Assembly: GCA_003707115.1 (NCBI GenBank)
Contig: PPNB01000019.1
Coordinates: 1 to 64,000 of the forward strand
Length of the DNA: 64,000 nucleotides
DNA from: Tortispora ganteri
Taxonomy: Eukaryota
Direction: 5' to 3'
Below, in pieces: positions 19,097 through 29,270 of this stretch (positions are counted from its first letter, which is position 1; each line of letters opens with the position of its first letter). A program made the translations under genes and the position numbers. Under the pieces are notes generated by a model. The model searched no databases. It had not been told where the DNA came from and saw nothing but the letters and a program-made list of their open reading frames with translations.

Positions 19097-20119
19097 ATGA
19101 TCGCCCAGGCTACAAAAGCAGAATGGTTTATTGGTGCACACGTCGGAGGCGGTCTCACTGAGACGATTTCGCGTGCCCAAAAAAGTGGCGGAACAGCATT
19201 CGCTATATTTGTGAAGAACCAGCGTCGATGGACGTCTGCTCCAATGGCTGCTGATGTTGCTCAGAAGTTCAAAGAATCACGCGAAAAGGCTTTCCCCGGC
19301 AGCTGCATTTTACCACATGGATCGTACCTTATAAATCTTGCTAACCCGGATAAATCAAAGCGAGAACAATCATGCGATTGTTTGATCGATGACCTGAAAA
19401 GGTGTGAAGAGTTGGAGATCAACCTTTACAACCTCCACCCGGGCGCTCATTTGGGTGAACCTCTCGACGAAGCTATCTCTAGAATAGCCAAATGCATCAA
19501 CAAGGCACACAAAGAGACATCTAACGTAAAAGTGGTGCTTGAAAACATGGCGGGCCAGGGATCCACTATAGGACGTACGCTTGAAGAGCTACGCGATATC
19601 ATCAATCTTGTCGAGGACAAGTCGAGAGTAGGTATCTGCATTGACACTTGTCATGCCTTTGCTGGTGGATTTGACTTATCCTCCGCTAAAGAGCAAGAAA
19701 AATTTTGGCAAGCTTTTGATAATACTATTGGAAAAGAATACCTTGCAGGTATTCATCTAAACGATTCTATGTTCCCTCTTAATTCTCGCAAAGACCGCCA
19801 TGAGAATATAGGCAAAGGTTTCATTGGCCTTGATTGTTTCCATTACATCATGAATTCTCCAAGGTTTCATTCTATACCGTTGATTCTTGAAACGCCTTGC
19901 GACAATGACAAGGAAATGGATGATTGGATTCGTGAGATAGAAATGTTGAAATCATTAACTTCAATGGATCTCGCATCGAAAGAATATAAAGATCTCCAGC
20001 AATCATTATGGGTTCAAGGTGACAAAATGAGAAAAGAAAATCAAGCTAAAATGGATAAAAAGGCTACAACTGCGAAGAAGCCAACGAAAAAACGTAAAAG
20101 ATCCCTTTCTGAAGACTAA
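19097..20119 (+). CDS. APN1: Apurinic/apyrimidinic endonuclease (endonuclease IV family)
   Basis: GAHV, PHGSYLINLAN, YNLHPG, LENMAG, CIDTCH, HLNDS, DRHENIG, ILETP, and a basic C-terminal NLS. First ATG at 19097. Confidence 0.95.
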   Translation: MIAQATKAEWFIGAHVGGGLTETISRAQKSGGTAFAIFVKNQRRWTSAPMAADVAQKFKESREKAFPGSCILPHGSYLINLANPDKSKREQSCDCLIDDLKRCEELEINLYNLHPGAHLGEPLDEAISRIAKCINKAHKETSNVKVVLENMAGQGSTIGRTLEELRDIINLVEDKSRVGICIDTCHAFAGGFDLSSAKEQEKFWQAFDNTIGKEYLAGIHLNDSMFPLNSRKDRHENIGKGFIGLDCFHYIMNSPRFHSIPLILETPCDNDKEMDDWIREIEMLKSLTSMDLASKEYKDLQQSLWVQGDKMRKENQAKMDKKATTAKKPTKKRKRSLSED

Positions 20120-20243
20120 TATACTCTCATTCATTCAATAATATTATTGCTTAATGTGACGTAGAGTGACTTTAGTAACTTAATTTGATTAACAGCTTTA
20201 GAGCATCTACTGTAGCAGTTGCTAAGAAAGGTTTACATCACAA

Positions 20244-20327
20244 CTCCAGGTGGCCAAGTTGGCTAAGGCGCGAGGCTGTAATGGAACAATCACCTTGAGA
20301 TCGGGCGTTCGAATCGCCCCCTGGAGA
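20244..20327 (+). tRNA. tRNA-Tyr (GTA) with 10-nt intron (20282-20291)
   Basis: Acceptor stem CTCCAGG/CCTGGAG, A-box TGGCCAAGTTGG, anticodon arm CGAGG-CTGTAA[TGGAACAATC]A-CCTTG, T-arm GGGCG-TTCGAAT-CGCCC, discriminator A, T7 Pol III terminator at 20332-20338. Confidence 0.95.
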
Positions 20328-20479
20328 AATATTTTTTTATTTTATTTTTTATATAACTTATTTACTGGTTTCATCTACAAGCGTAAAACAGCTATAAAAA
20401 ATCTATCTGTTCATACTATAGCTACATTTCACCGCAAATTAATCATTTCACCATAAATGCTATAATAGTACATAGAGAA

Positions 20480-23400
20480 CTAGTTAGGATCTTTTTGTGG
20501 GGCAATTTCGTACCCGGATTTGTCTCGTAACGAACTGAATACAGCATATCCCGCAACGATCACAAACATAATACCAATAGAAGATGCCATAGATACAAGA
20601 ACAACGTAACCTCGATCCATGTAACTCTTCCTAACAGTTCTGAGAGCTTCAGTGAACTCAGAGGAAATACCGTATATGATACCCGGTTCTGCTTCTCCCT
20701 CTGGTCCTTTTTTCGATGTAAAGATAAAAGGCTGCCATGAAATTCCATCAAAATAAGCTGCTGACACTTCCTCGTCATCTGTGTCTGAAATTATAATATT
20801 GCCAACCGCTAATAGAACCTCGTCGTTTGCAAAGTAGGCTGCCGAACTAACTGTCCCAGCAACTGGAAGTAAAACCATGTCATAAATTTGTGAATCTTCT
20901 GCCAAACCATCGACGGAACCCCAGCGATTATCATTCCAGGTATATATGAAAAACTTGCTGTCATCAGCAGACTCTTGCCCCCATACGATAACGGAGGATT
21001 CAATCTTACCAGATGGCGATAAAAAGCCATTCACTTTTCCTGGTAAGCCATAAGTCAATTCCTGTTGATCAAAAATTTGAATCGAATCGTTCTTCAAATC
21101 ATAATATGCCAAATATCCTGTTTTGCCTTCCAACTGAAATTCTCCACTGAAGTACAGATGCTCATCATTCAGAAGAAGAGAGGTTACGTTGCCATCAACT
21201 CCACCTGCAACGTCTTGCCAACGCTGTGGTCCCGTTTCATAAGAGCAAATCCCGGGACAACTCAATTGACCTGCTCTCTCAAATGAACCGGCGACAAACA
21301 ATAGAGATCTTTCCGGATATACCACTATGTCATTGACTTGGCATGCATCAGATGAACAACTAAGAGGGGCTGGCTGATACTGTGTATATTCTCCAGTACT
21401 GAGGTCAAGAGACACAAAATTTTTTAACTCATTAGAATTTGAAGTGCCAGTGATACGACCACCAGCGAACAACGTGCCATTGTGTGCAGCTAGCGCAAGT
21501 ACTGTGCTTGCCGAATCCATACCATTACTGACTCCAATCACAGAGTCCTCGACAATCAGCATGATATTCTCAAACTCATTCGTTCCCGAACTGTTCATCT
21601 TGAAGTGTCCTCCAACGATGACAAAGCTATCATTTCCAGTATCCGGATACAGAACTGTTCGAACAGCTGATTCATCTGATGCAAACGTTATCATTTTGTT
21701 AGATTCAAAAACAGAATTGCCATCAGTTAATGCCAAGTTTATTGACATGAAAGATTCAGATGATATACCGGAACCTAGTAACACATATTGTTCAGATTCG
21801 TCATTTATAGTCAAGGCATTTTGAATGTCGCCAACAAGCAATGGAAATGAGTTACTTGCAATTTCTTGGTACCAACTATCACTCGTTTCAAAGTATAAAC
21901 CACTACCGGGGACAGAGTAGCCAATTGAACTATTTCGACCTAAAACTTCGTCAAAATCACCGGCAACAAGTATCACAGAATGGCTGTCTCCGGAAGAGTT
22001 TATTAGTGAGAATTGAGATATTAAAATGACAGGACCATTGGGCTGACTGGTTTCGATCAACTCATTGTTCGAAATATTCAAAGAGGTGAAAAATGCATGT
22101 TCTTGATCTATTAGCATATCTCCTCCAATAAAAAGCCGCCCCGACTGGCTGTTAAATAACGAATATATCGAACCCTCCCACTTTTCAGAGCCAAAAGCGG
22201 ATACGTTACTATCTGTGGCAATGCTTATAAGTACTTGACTGATATCACAATTCTCAAACTTGCCTCCGACAAGAACAGAACCGTCTGGCAGTATTTGGAT
22301 CGCTTGAACTTCAGCGTCACTGCCTAATATATCACCAATAGAAGTTAACGTATCATTTCCGATTCCTATGGGAATAGAGTTAGTTGATGTGAAGTTGCTG
22401 GGATCGTATTCCAATACCGCATTCACTTCAAGCTTTTCTGAGGAATTGAGAATCGCACTCTCGAGGATTACCGTGATTTTGTCTGCAACAAACGTGAAGG
22501 GAAGGGCAGAATCTCCTTTAGGAGTTAAACGAATGAATGGAGTGAAGTTGCTGTTCGAATTGATGAATCCGCTATAAACAGTATCATATTTCTCATAATT
22601 GTTGGTTTGATAAATGCTATGAGATTGAGTAACGTCATGTGATGCATTTATAAAGACGTCGACGATTCCCCGTGAAGAACAAGTGTCATCAGCAATGCAA
22701 CCTGGCGTGTATAATAATACTGAGTAGTTCCCGGGGACAGAAATATTCGGATAGAAGGTGACAGAATAGTCAGATAAAGGGGATGAATTAATGGTGTTGG
22801 TGAGGTACCCGAGGTCCTGAACTGTCGTCCAACCAGATCCAGTGGTTGATGACCTTGAGACGTCTAGTCCACCGACTCCATTACAAGGATTGATTGAATT
22901 ATAGCTGTCAACCGCGTACACTGCTGTATGATTGTCAACTAAAGCTATTCCCGAAAGACCAGCATAATTACCATACATCCCCAAGATTTCAATCTTGAAG
23001 CCAGTCATTCCAATGATATTAACAAAAGAGAACTCTTGAAACTGGTCAGCACCAGGTTGTAGAGTGCAAAAAGCATCACAATAAGACACCATTCCATTTG
23101 TATCAACATATGAAAGATTCATAATTCCGCCTGTTGGGAAGCTCACAAATCGAAATTGTGAAGTTCCACTGTTGGCAGCTGGTGTGTTTCGTAACTGGAC
23201 TTTGTACGGAATGATAGTTCGGGGCGAATATATCTGCCATGATCCCAAAGAGTTATCCGCCAGTCTCCATGTGGATGCTTCCGCAGATTCAAACAGTCCA
23301 CATAATGGAGCAGAAGGATCAGAGGAAGATGGCCCACTAGCGGAAGCATTACCAGATGCTAGAGCAATGTACTGGGTGGTAGAATAGTTGTCCATAGACT

Positions 23401-24007
23401 CTGATGTGTTTCCAAGGAAGTATTGATTGCCTAGTGACGTGAAATTACCGCCGAATATTATATTTCCATTCTGGAGTTGAGCTATAGCGTTGATTTCAGA
23501 GTCTGCAGAGAAACCACCAAAAGGTAAAGAGGACCATGTCATCGAATTAAAGTCATAAACCGCAGCACCGTGTGTTCGGTTGAAATCAAAATTGCCACCT
23601 ACATATAGACTATCTGAGGTACATAGAAGCGAATATACTGGACCATCTATTTGATTGGGGTGGAAAGTCGAGCCATCGGTGAGATTGATAGCAAATATGT
23701 ACGGATATGGAGACTGAAAATCGCCGCCAATATACGACACATTATCATGTAAGCAAGATGTATAAATCGATCCATCCACGTCCAATTCAGAATGATTTGA
23801 GAATAGAGGTATTGATGTGCCATTCGATTGGAATATCTGAGCACCTGAAGGTTGCGATGATTGCTGAAGATATGTAAAAGGTGAAAACCCCAGGAAATCG
23901 CCAAATATTGACAGTTGGCCTGTCCTAGAAATATCAGGCGATATTGTTGTGACGTGATCTATTGATATCGCCGTTGAAATAGCGATAAGAGGTATTATTC
24001 TTTTCAT
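20480..24007 (-). CDS. RAX2: Bud-site/polarity landmark membrane protein Rax2
   Basis: Signal peptide MKRIIPLIAIS, beta-rich glycosylated ectodomain with TGGIMNLSY, LYTPGC..DTCSSRG, QTNNYEKYD and AGQLSCPGICSY, and a C-terminal TM. ATG at 24007. Confidence 0.9.
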   Translation of the reverse strand: MKRIIPLIAISTAISIDHVTTISPDISRTGQLSIFGDFLGFSPFTYLQQSSQPSGAQIFQSNGTSIPLFSNHSELDVDGSIYTSCLHDNVSYIGGDFQSPYPYIFAINLTDGSTFHPNQIDGPVYSLLCTSDSLYVGGNFDFNRTHGAAVYDFNSMTWSSLPFGGFSADSEINAIAQLQNGNIIFGGNFTSLGNQYFLGNTSESMDNYSTTQYIALASGNASASGPSSSDPSAPLCGLFESAEASTWRLADNSLGSWQIYSPRTIIPYKVQLRNTPAANSGTSQFRFVSFPTGGIMNLSYVDTNGMVSYCDAFCTLQPGADQFQEFSFVNIIGMTGFKIEILGMYGNYAGLSGIALVDNHTAVYAVDSYNSINPCNGVGGLDVSRSSTTGSGWTTVQDLGYLTNTINSSPLSDYSVTFYPNISVPGNYSVLLYTPGCIADDTCSSRGIVDVFINASHDVTQSHSIYQTNNYEKYDTVYSGFINSNSNFTPFIRLTPKGDSALPFTFVADKITVILESAILNSSEKLEVNAVLEYDPSNFTSTNSIPIGIGNDTLTSIGDILGSDAEVQAIQILPDGSVLVGGKFENCDISQVLISIATDSNVSAFGSEKWEGSIYSLFNSQSGRLFIGGDMLIDQEHAFFTSLNISNNELIETSQPNGPVILISQFSLINSSGDSHSVILVAGDFDEVLGRNSSIGYSVPGSGLYFETSDSWYQEIASNSFPLLVGDIQNALTINDESEQYVLLGSGISSESFMSINLALTDGNSVFESNKMITFASDESAVRTVLYPDTGNDSFVIVGGHFKMNSSGTNEFENIMLIVEDSVIGVSNGMDSASTVLALAAHNGTLFAGGRITGTSNSNELKNFVSLDLSTGEYTQYQPAPLSCSSDACQVNDIVVYPERSLLFVAGSFERAGQLSCPGICSYETGPQRWQDVAGGVDGNVTSLLLNDEHLYFSGEFQLEGKTGYLAYYDLKNDSIQIFDQQELTYGLPGKVNGFLSPSGKIESSVIVWGQESADDSKFFIYTWNDNRWGSVDGLAEDSQIYDMVLLPVAGTVSSAAYFANDEVLLAVGNIIISDTDDEEVSAAYFDGISWQPFIFTSKKGPEGEAEPGIIYGISSEFTEALRTVRKSYMDRGYVVLVSMASSIGIMFVIVAGYAVFSSLRDKSGYEIAPQKDPN

Positions 24008-24418
24008 AGTATTGAAGGGCTGGTTGTGAAATGGTGGTGAAGAATAGGGAGAATTGAGGAATATATAGGTATATGAAATCGAGATACTTTCACAGTTCCG
24101 CACAGTAATTTATTTATGTGGTTTAATAATACTTTGTGAGTGTACGGGAAACCGTAGATTGTTAAAAAGAAATGAAAATAGATCAAACTTGATGAGGTGA
24201 GTAATTAATGTCATATTAGGGCGGGTTTGTTTATTTTCAGTTGCTATGCAAGTATACGTGTTGACGAATGAGAAAACGTAAAATCTTACTTTAGGTTATA
24301 GGAGCAGCATTGAATACGGTAATAGTATAGCGGCCAGGGACTAAAATACGATGGATCAAGAGGGTCGTTAATTAAAAAATAATTCAACGAGAAATTCAAA
24401 TGTAATAGATATATGTTT

Positions 24419-25669
24419 TTATAGTATTTTAGCATGTCGACTTTTCTGGCGTTCGTGAAAGAAGTAAAACCCTAGAGCGACAATGAGACCACCGAGGAAC
24501 AAGAAAATCAACCAGATTCGAATCGATCGCGTCATGGTCTCAGAGCTCGAGTTCAACAGATTGTTAACATTCTTAATAAAGTCCTTATCAAAGTTAGCAA
24601 TTTTCGAATGAAGGTCTCGAATTTCAGATTCTATTTTTGAGTTGAAAGAGGACGAAGCGGCCTCGCCTTTGTTTGCAGTATTATGTACACGTTCCTCGAG
24701 CGATGCCAATATGCGAATAATTTGAGCTAGTGACGGGTCAATCTGATCGGATTGTGGTAATTCTGAAAGTGCTTTTTCAATTGCCGAGTTTTTTGTTTTG
24801 ATCTCTTCAGATATAGAATCAAGTCTAGTGCTGATCTTTTGAATATCTAAATGCAATCCTTGTATAGTTTTTGAAACCTCCAGAACGAAGTTATTGAACT
24901 CGTCCTGCTTTTGCAAAGTCTCGGACGACAATTTCGAGTCAAAATCAGAAGAATCTGGAACGTATGTATATGTAACATCCTCTGTGGGATTGTCACTAAT
25001 TATTTGCTCCCCCGCGTGAGCAGATTCCAAGCCTACGGTAGTCGTGGTCGCAGTTAAGTCCGCAACGTCATTGTAAACATCAAACGAAGTGATAACAAAT
25101 CCCAAACCACTGGATATGACGCTGAAATACCCGCTGGTTAGCTGGGTCTGAGACGCTTGCGGAACGATAGGGCAATCGTTTCCATTAATAGTAAGTTTAA
25201 AATCAGAATACCAGTTAATTCTTATATCCTGGGTGTTGGGTACGTGACAAGTTCCAATAACAGTTGCCATACTTTTTGTTATGTAGTTGACCGTGGCTTT
25301 GGCACTGCCAGCGCTATAAGCAATGTGAACCAATATGCCATCATCAATGTCAGGAGTGTTTTTAGTAAGTTGCGAAGGAGTGAGAGCAAAGCCAATAGCA
25401 GTAGGCTCATCAGTGCCAGTTATTGGCAGTTTGATAGTAGTTGACAAAATCCACTGTGATTCCTCTATGGAATCAAAAGTCCATAAAATGGCTTCCCTGC
25501 TGTCGGTATTGCTTGTTAGCCGTATACCGTTATCTTCAGATTGGATGGTCCCCTTGAACCCCCATCCAGGGAGAAACCCTGACTCGGCCAACGGCTTGTC
25601 CCATGAAAATAAAGGCAGACGTTTCGCCAGTGTGAAGATAGCTAATAGCAAAAAAATAAGAGGAGTCAT
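24419..25669 (-). CDS. L-type lectin cargo receptor, Emp46/Emp47/ERGIC-53-like
   Basis: Signal peptide, divergent legume-lectin-like domain (IRLT..ILW), coiled coil, single TM, short basic tail ending HAKIL. Confidence 0.62.
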   Translation of the reverse strand: MTPLIFLLLAIFTLAKRLPLFSWDKPLAESGFLPGWGFKGTIQSEDNGIRLTSNTDSREAILWTFDSIEESQWILSTTIKLPITGTDEPTAIGFALTPSQLTKNTPDIDDGILVHIAYSAGSAKATVNYITKSMATVIGTCHVPNTQDIRINWYSDFKLTINGNDCPIVPQASQTQLTSGYFSVISSGLGFVITSFDVYNDVADLTATTTTVGLESAHAGEQIISDNPTEDVTYTYVPDSSDFDSKLSSETLQKQDEFNNFVLEVSKTIQGLHLDIQKISTRLDSISEEIKTKNSAIEKALSELPQSDQIDPSLAQIIRILASLEERVHNTANKGEAASSSFNSKIESEIRDLHSKIANFDKDFIKNVNNLLNSSSETMTRSIRIWLIFLFLGGLIVALGFYFFHERQKSRHAKIL

Positions 25670-25804
25670 AATGCTACAAGTATATTATATACGGGAAGGT
25701 GGTTAATGTAATTAGAGAACAGCCTTTATAGCGTCTTCTGGCAGAGTGTTGTGTCGATAGGGTAACTTTAAGGAGCAGACCACAGACCCTTTCCGCGCGA
25801 TCGA

Positions 25805-26318
25805 TCAATGACAATTGAGATCCCTAACAGGATCGTTACCCCATATAAGATGACCAAAAAAGGCGCCAGCCGCAATGGAAATTATACAGTAGCCATTGTA
25901 AGTCATAAAAATTAACATTATGAACAGTGAATAAATAACCTGGATAGTGTAGATCAAACTATTGTATATCTGAGAACGGGGACGTACTAATGTGAGTAAA
26001 TGTGATCGTTCAGAGTGAACTTGACGGAAACGTTAGTCGAAATTATAAGTATAATCAAAATAGCATCTACTTACCAGCATAGTTTCGGCCCTTGACGGCG
26101 CTATTGCGGATCTTTTCATAAAATGCCGTTAGCAACACTATCAGACCACAAGTGACAACCAAGTCCTGCATAGTGCGAATCTTCCACCACTTAAACACAA
26201 CGCACAAGTTCTTATATTCCCAGTTAAATGTCATAGACATGTGACACATATCCATAGTGCTAACATCTGCATCGCCCGCTAAATCGTGCATTGCGTGCAT
26301 AGCGGATGAGTAATCCAT
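25805..26318 (-). CDS. CTR2: Ctr-family copper transporter (Ctr2-like); exons 26318-26075 and 26019-25805
   Basis: Met/His-rich N-terminus, CHMSMTFNW..LCVVFKWWKI. Intron GTAAGT..GACTAAC..AAG at 26074-26020. Exon 2 has the MLIFM (MxxxM) motif followed by TYNG, and ends in CH*. Confidence 0.88.
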
Positions 26319-26462
26319 TATATCGCTAGATTAGATTGATATCTTTACTATGTCAGTATAACACAAATACTCTTGTAACCCTTAACCCTAAATATTTCTG
26401 CTGATCAAAACGACTTCGTTCGGGTTAGATTACGCAAACACATTTGCGACAACGTTTTTAGC

Positions 26463-27230
26463 ATGGCTTTTGATCTAGAAGGAGGCTATTCAGATTCACC
26501 AGAGTTTGCTGAAATTACAGCGAATGTGTCTGATGCATTATTAGAACTTTCGGGACAATCGGCGACATTGGCTCGCATGGGGGCGCAAATCGGGACTGCA
26601 AAAGATACGCCGCAGCTGCAGGACAAGATCAGTAAGCTGCTGGACAAGGCCCAAGACGGTGCTCGAAAGCTGAGTATTGAGTCAAAGAAACTGCAAGCGT
26701 GGGATGAGCCCACATCTTCACAACGGTTCACACAACAGAAACTCGAGCGTGAGGCAACCTCGCTTATCGCCGAGCTGCAAGCGGTGCAGAACGATATTGC
26801 GAAACGGCAGAGACAAGTGCTAGCACAACAGAGGCAAGCGCTTGAATCATCTCAAGCTGCAGTATCAGGACAATCAGGTGGCGAACAGATCATGCTGCAA
26901 GAGCAAACTGCGAATGAGCAAGAGGTGGAATACCAAAGGGCGCTCATTGCAGAGCGGGAGGAGGAAATCAGGGAGATTGAACAGGGTGTTTCTGAGATAA
27001 ATGAAATCTATCGTGACCTAGGGACCATTGTCGCCGAGCAAGGAACTATTGTGGATAACATCGAAGCTAATATCAGCAACGTAGCGGTGCACACACAGGG
27101 AGCTTCACGAGAGCTAGCTAAGGCCTCCAGGAAACAGCGAGAGTCACGGTACCGACGATGCTGCTTGCTGGTCATTCTGAGTATTATTCTGCTAATTGTG
27201 TTGTTAGCTATTTTACCGGCACTTACTTAG
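26463..27230 (+). CDS. PEP12: Endosomal/vacuolar Qa-SNARE syntaxin (Pep12/Vam3 family)
   Basis: Habc domain (IGTAKDTPQL), SNARE motif EREEEIREIEQGVSEINEIYRDLGTIVAEQG, C-terminal TM. Confidence 0.75.
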   Translation: MAFDLEGGYSDSPEFAEITANVSDALLELSGQSATLARMGAQIGTAKDTPQLQDKISKLLDKAQDGARKLSIESKKLQAWDEPTSSQRFTQQKLEREATSLIAELQAVQNDIAKRQRQVLAQQRQALESSQAAVSGQSGGEQIMLQEQTANEQEVEYQRALIAEREEEIREIEQGVSEINEIYRDLGTIVAEQGTIVDNIEANISNVAVHTQGASRELAKASRKQRESRYRRCCLLVILSIILLIVLLAILPALT

Positions 27231-27389
27231 ATTAATTTTGTTTTCTGTTTCTGTTTCATATTGGTTATGGTTGTTCGCTCATTTTCGTAGAACAGCTATC
27301 GTCAAAAATACCTACTAGATTGACATAGCCTTCCCAATAAGGTATAACGTAACACACCTACCATTCACCAGATCTCAGGCAGTATCACG

Positions 27390-28415
27390 ATGTTGTCATT
27401 CAAAATAGTGAGAAGCAGATTGATTCAACCTAACTGGGCTTATTTTCAGAGACGGAATTATGCTAGATCAGGATTGGAGTTTTTTCAATCTGAGAAGACT
27501 CTGCCAGCTAACACGGTTGTGAAATTTGTTCCCCAACAGGAAGCATGGGTCGTTGAGAGAATGGGAAAGTTCCATAGGATTCTGGAACCCGGTCTAGCTA
27601 TCCTAATACCTATTCTCGACCGCGTTAGATATGTTCAGTCGCTGAAAGAAAATGCTATTAATGTTGCAAGCCAAAGCGCAATCACTTCCGACAACGTAAC
27701 TTTGGAACTCGATGGCGTTCTGTACATCAAAGTAGTTGATGCGTTTAAGGCTAGTTATGGTGTTGAGAACGCCGAGTATGCTATTGCGCAATTAGCACAG
27801 ACTACTATGAGATCAGAAATCGGACAGATGACCCTTGATCATGTTTTACGCGAGCGACAAACGCTTAATAATCATATAACTGAGGCTATTAACGAGGCGG
27901 CCTTAGACTGGGGCGTGCGGTGCCTGAGATATGAAATAAGGGACATACATCCTCCAGATAATGTCCTTGAGGCAATGCATCGCTTGGTATCTGCTGAAAG
28001 AGCCAAGCGTGCTGAAATTCTCGAGTCGGAAGGTAAAAGGCAGTCGGCGATTAACCGGGCCGAGGGAGAGAAGCAGTCGACAATATTAGCGTCTCAAGCT
28101 AAGCAAGCCGAGCAAGTGAACGAGGCTACAGGCTTAGCAGAGGCAATAAGAGTCAAAGCTGATGCTACTGCTGCAGGAATTCGTGCAGTAGCTAAAGCCA
28201 TTGAAGAGTCTAATGGTAACGACGCTGTAGCACTTCAAGTCGCCGAGAAATATGTAGAAGCCTTCGGCAAATTGGCTAAGGAAAGCAACACTATTGTTGT
28301 TCCTGCTGGCCTAGGAGATATCGGACAATGGATTGCTAGTGGAATGGGCGTTTATGAGACTGTAAAATCGCAGAAACAACAGCAGGCGCAGCGTTTGACC
28401 GAAAAAGACTTATAA
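27390..28415 (+). CDS. Stomatin-like protein 2 (mitochondrial SPFH/Band 7)
   Basis: Basic N-terminal presequence, VPQQEAWVVERMGKF, QLAQTTMRSEIG, VAEKYVEAF. Confidence 0.92.
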   Translation: MLSFKIVRSRLIQPNWAYFQRRNYARSGLEFFQSEKTLPANTVVKFVPQQEAWVVERMGKFHRILEPGLAILIPILDRVRYVQSLKENAINVASQSAITSDNVTLELDGVLYIKVVDAFKASYGVENAEYAIAQLAQTTMRSEIGQMTLDHVLRERQTLNNHITEAINEAALDWGVRCLRYEIRDIHPPDNVLEAMHRLVSAERAKRAEILESEGKRQSAINRAEGEKQSTILASQAKQAEQVNEATGLAEAIRVKADATAAGIRAVAKAIEESNGNDAVALQVAEKYVEAFGKLAKESNTIVVPAGLGDIGQWIASGMGVYETVKSQKQQQAQRLTEKDL

Positions 28416-28455
28416 ATAGCGTTTTTAACTATATTATAATTGTATATACGTATGC

Positions 28456-29133
28456 TTACTCCTGTAATTCTCCACGTTTTTTGTATGTAATCAGTCTTTT
28501 CATCATTTCTCGTCTCTTAAGCTCCTGCCATCGCGCTAGTGTAGCAGCATCATGCATATGCAGTCCAAATATTTTAGGTACGAATCTTTGCGATGATTTC
28601 GCCGGGATACAATGGGGATAGAACTGCATGAACATGTGCGGGAAAGTAGTACCGAAGAAGGCACCGTCAATATTGATATGCCTATAGCTTTTAGGTTTGT
28701 AAATGTCCTCGCATTTAGGACAGAAAAGTTTCACAGTATCCGTAGAGAGTACGTCAGATAGTCCACAAGGAAGCAAAGCTTGTTGTTCACAATCAACTCT
28801 AGGGCACCGTCCGAAATCGCAGTGCTTGTACTTTTTTAGCATCTGTTCCAGCCCATGAGACGTCAGAATAAACCGCGCATGTATTAATCCATAAAGTACA
28901 CGCGCACTGACTTCCAGTTTTTCCCTTTCTTCATAATCGTCTGCGTCAAATGCGTCATTGATCAAATTGAGCGCCTGTTGAAAGTATGGCACCTCCGCGT
29001 TCAAACCCGTCAAATTGAACCGGTCCAGGATGAAATCAAAATCAACTTCACAAAAATACTCGTTTCCTTTATCACCTAAAAACCATCCTACCCATAATCG
29101 TTCTTCTGATTCAGTTCCCGATTCGCTATCCAT
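28456..29133 (-). CDS. CKB2: Casein kinase II regulatory beta' subunit
   Basis: GNEYFCEVD..DRFNLTGL, LYGLIHARFI, zinc finger CPRVDC..CPKC, IDGAFFG. Confidence 0.9.
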   Translation of the reverse strand: MDSESGTESEERLWVGWFLGDKGNEYFCEVDFDFILDRFNLTGLNAEVPYFQQALNLINDAFDADDYEEREKLEVSARVLYGLIHARFILTSHGLEQMLKKYKHCDFGRCPRVDCEQQALLPCGLSDVLSTDTVKLFCPKCEDIYKPKSYRHINIDGAFFGTTFPHMFMQFYPHCIPAKSSQRFVPKIFGLHMHDAATLARWQELKRREMMKRLITYKKRGELQE

Positions 29134-29270
29134 TCTGGAAACGATTCGCTGTAGAGCTAGGCAAGGTCTTCTCTTTCCACTTACTAAATAACAAAATATA
29201 ACCCTAACCCTATCTCTAATACATGCCGGGCATTAAGTATCAGAGCTGCAGCGCTATTCTGTTCTTCATT

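Noticed and set aside
20250..20456. 68-aa ORF
   Set aside because: It overlies the tRNA-Tyr gene and its T-rich terminator, so it is spurious
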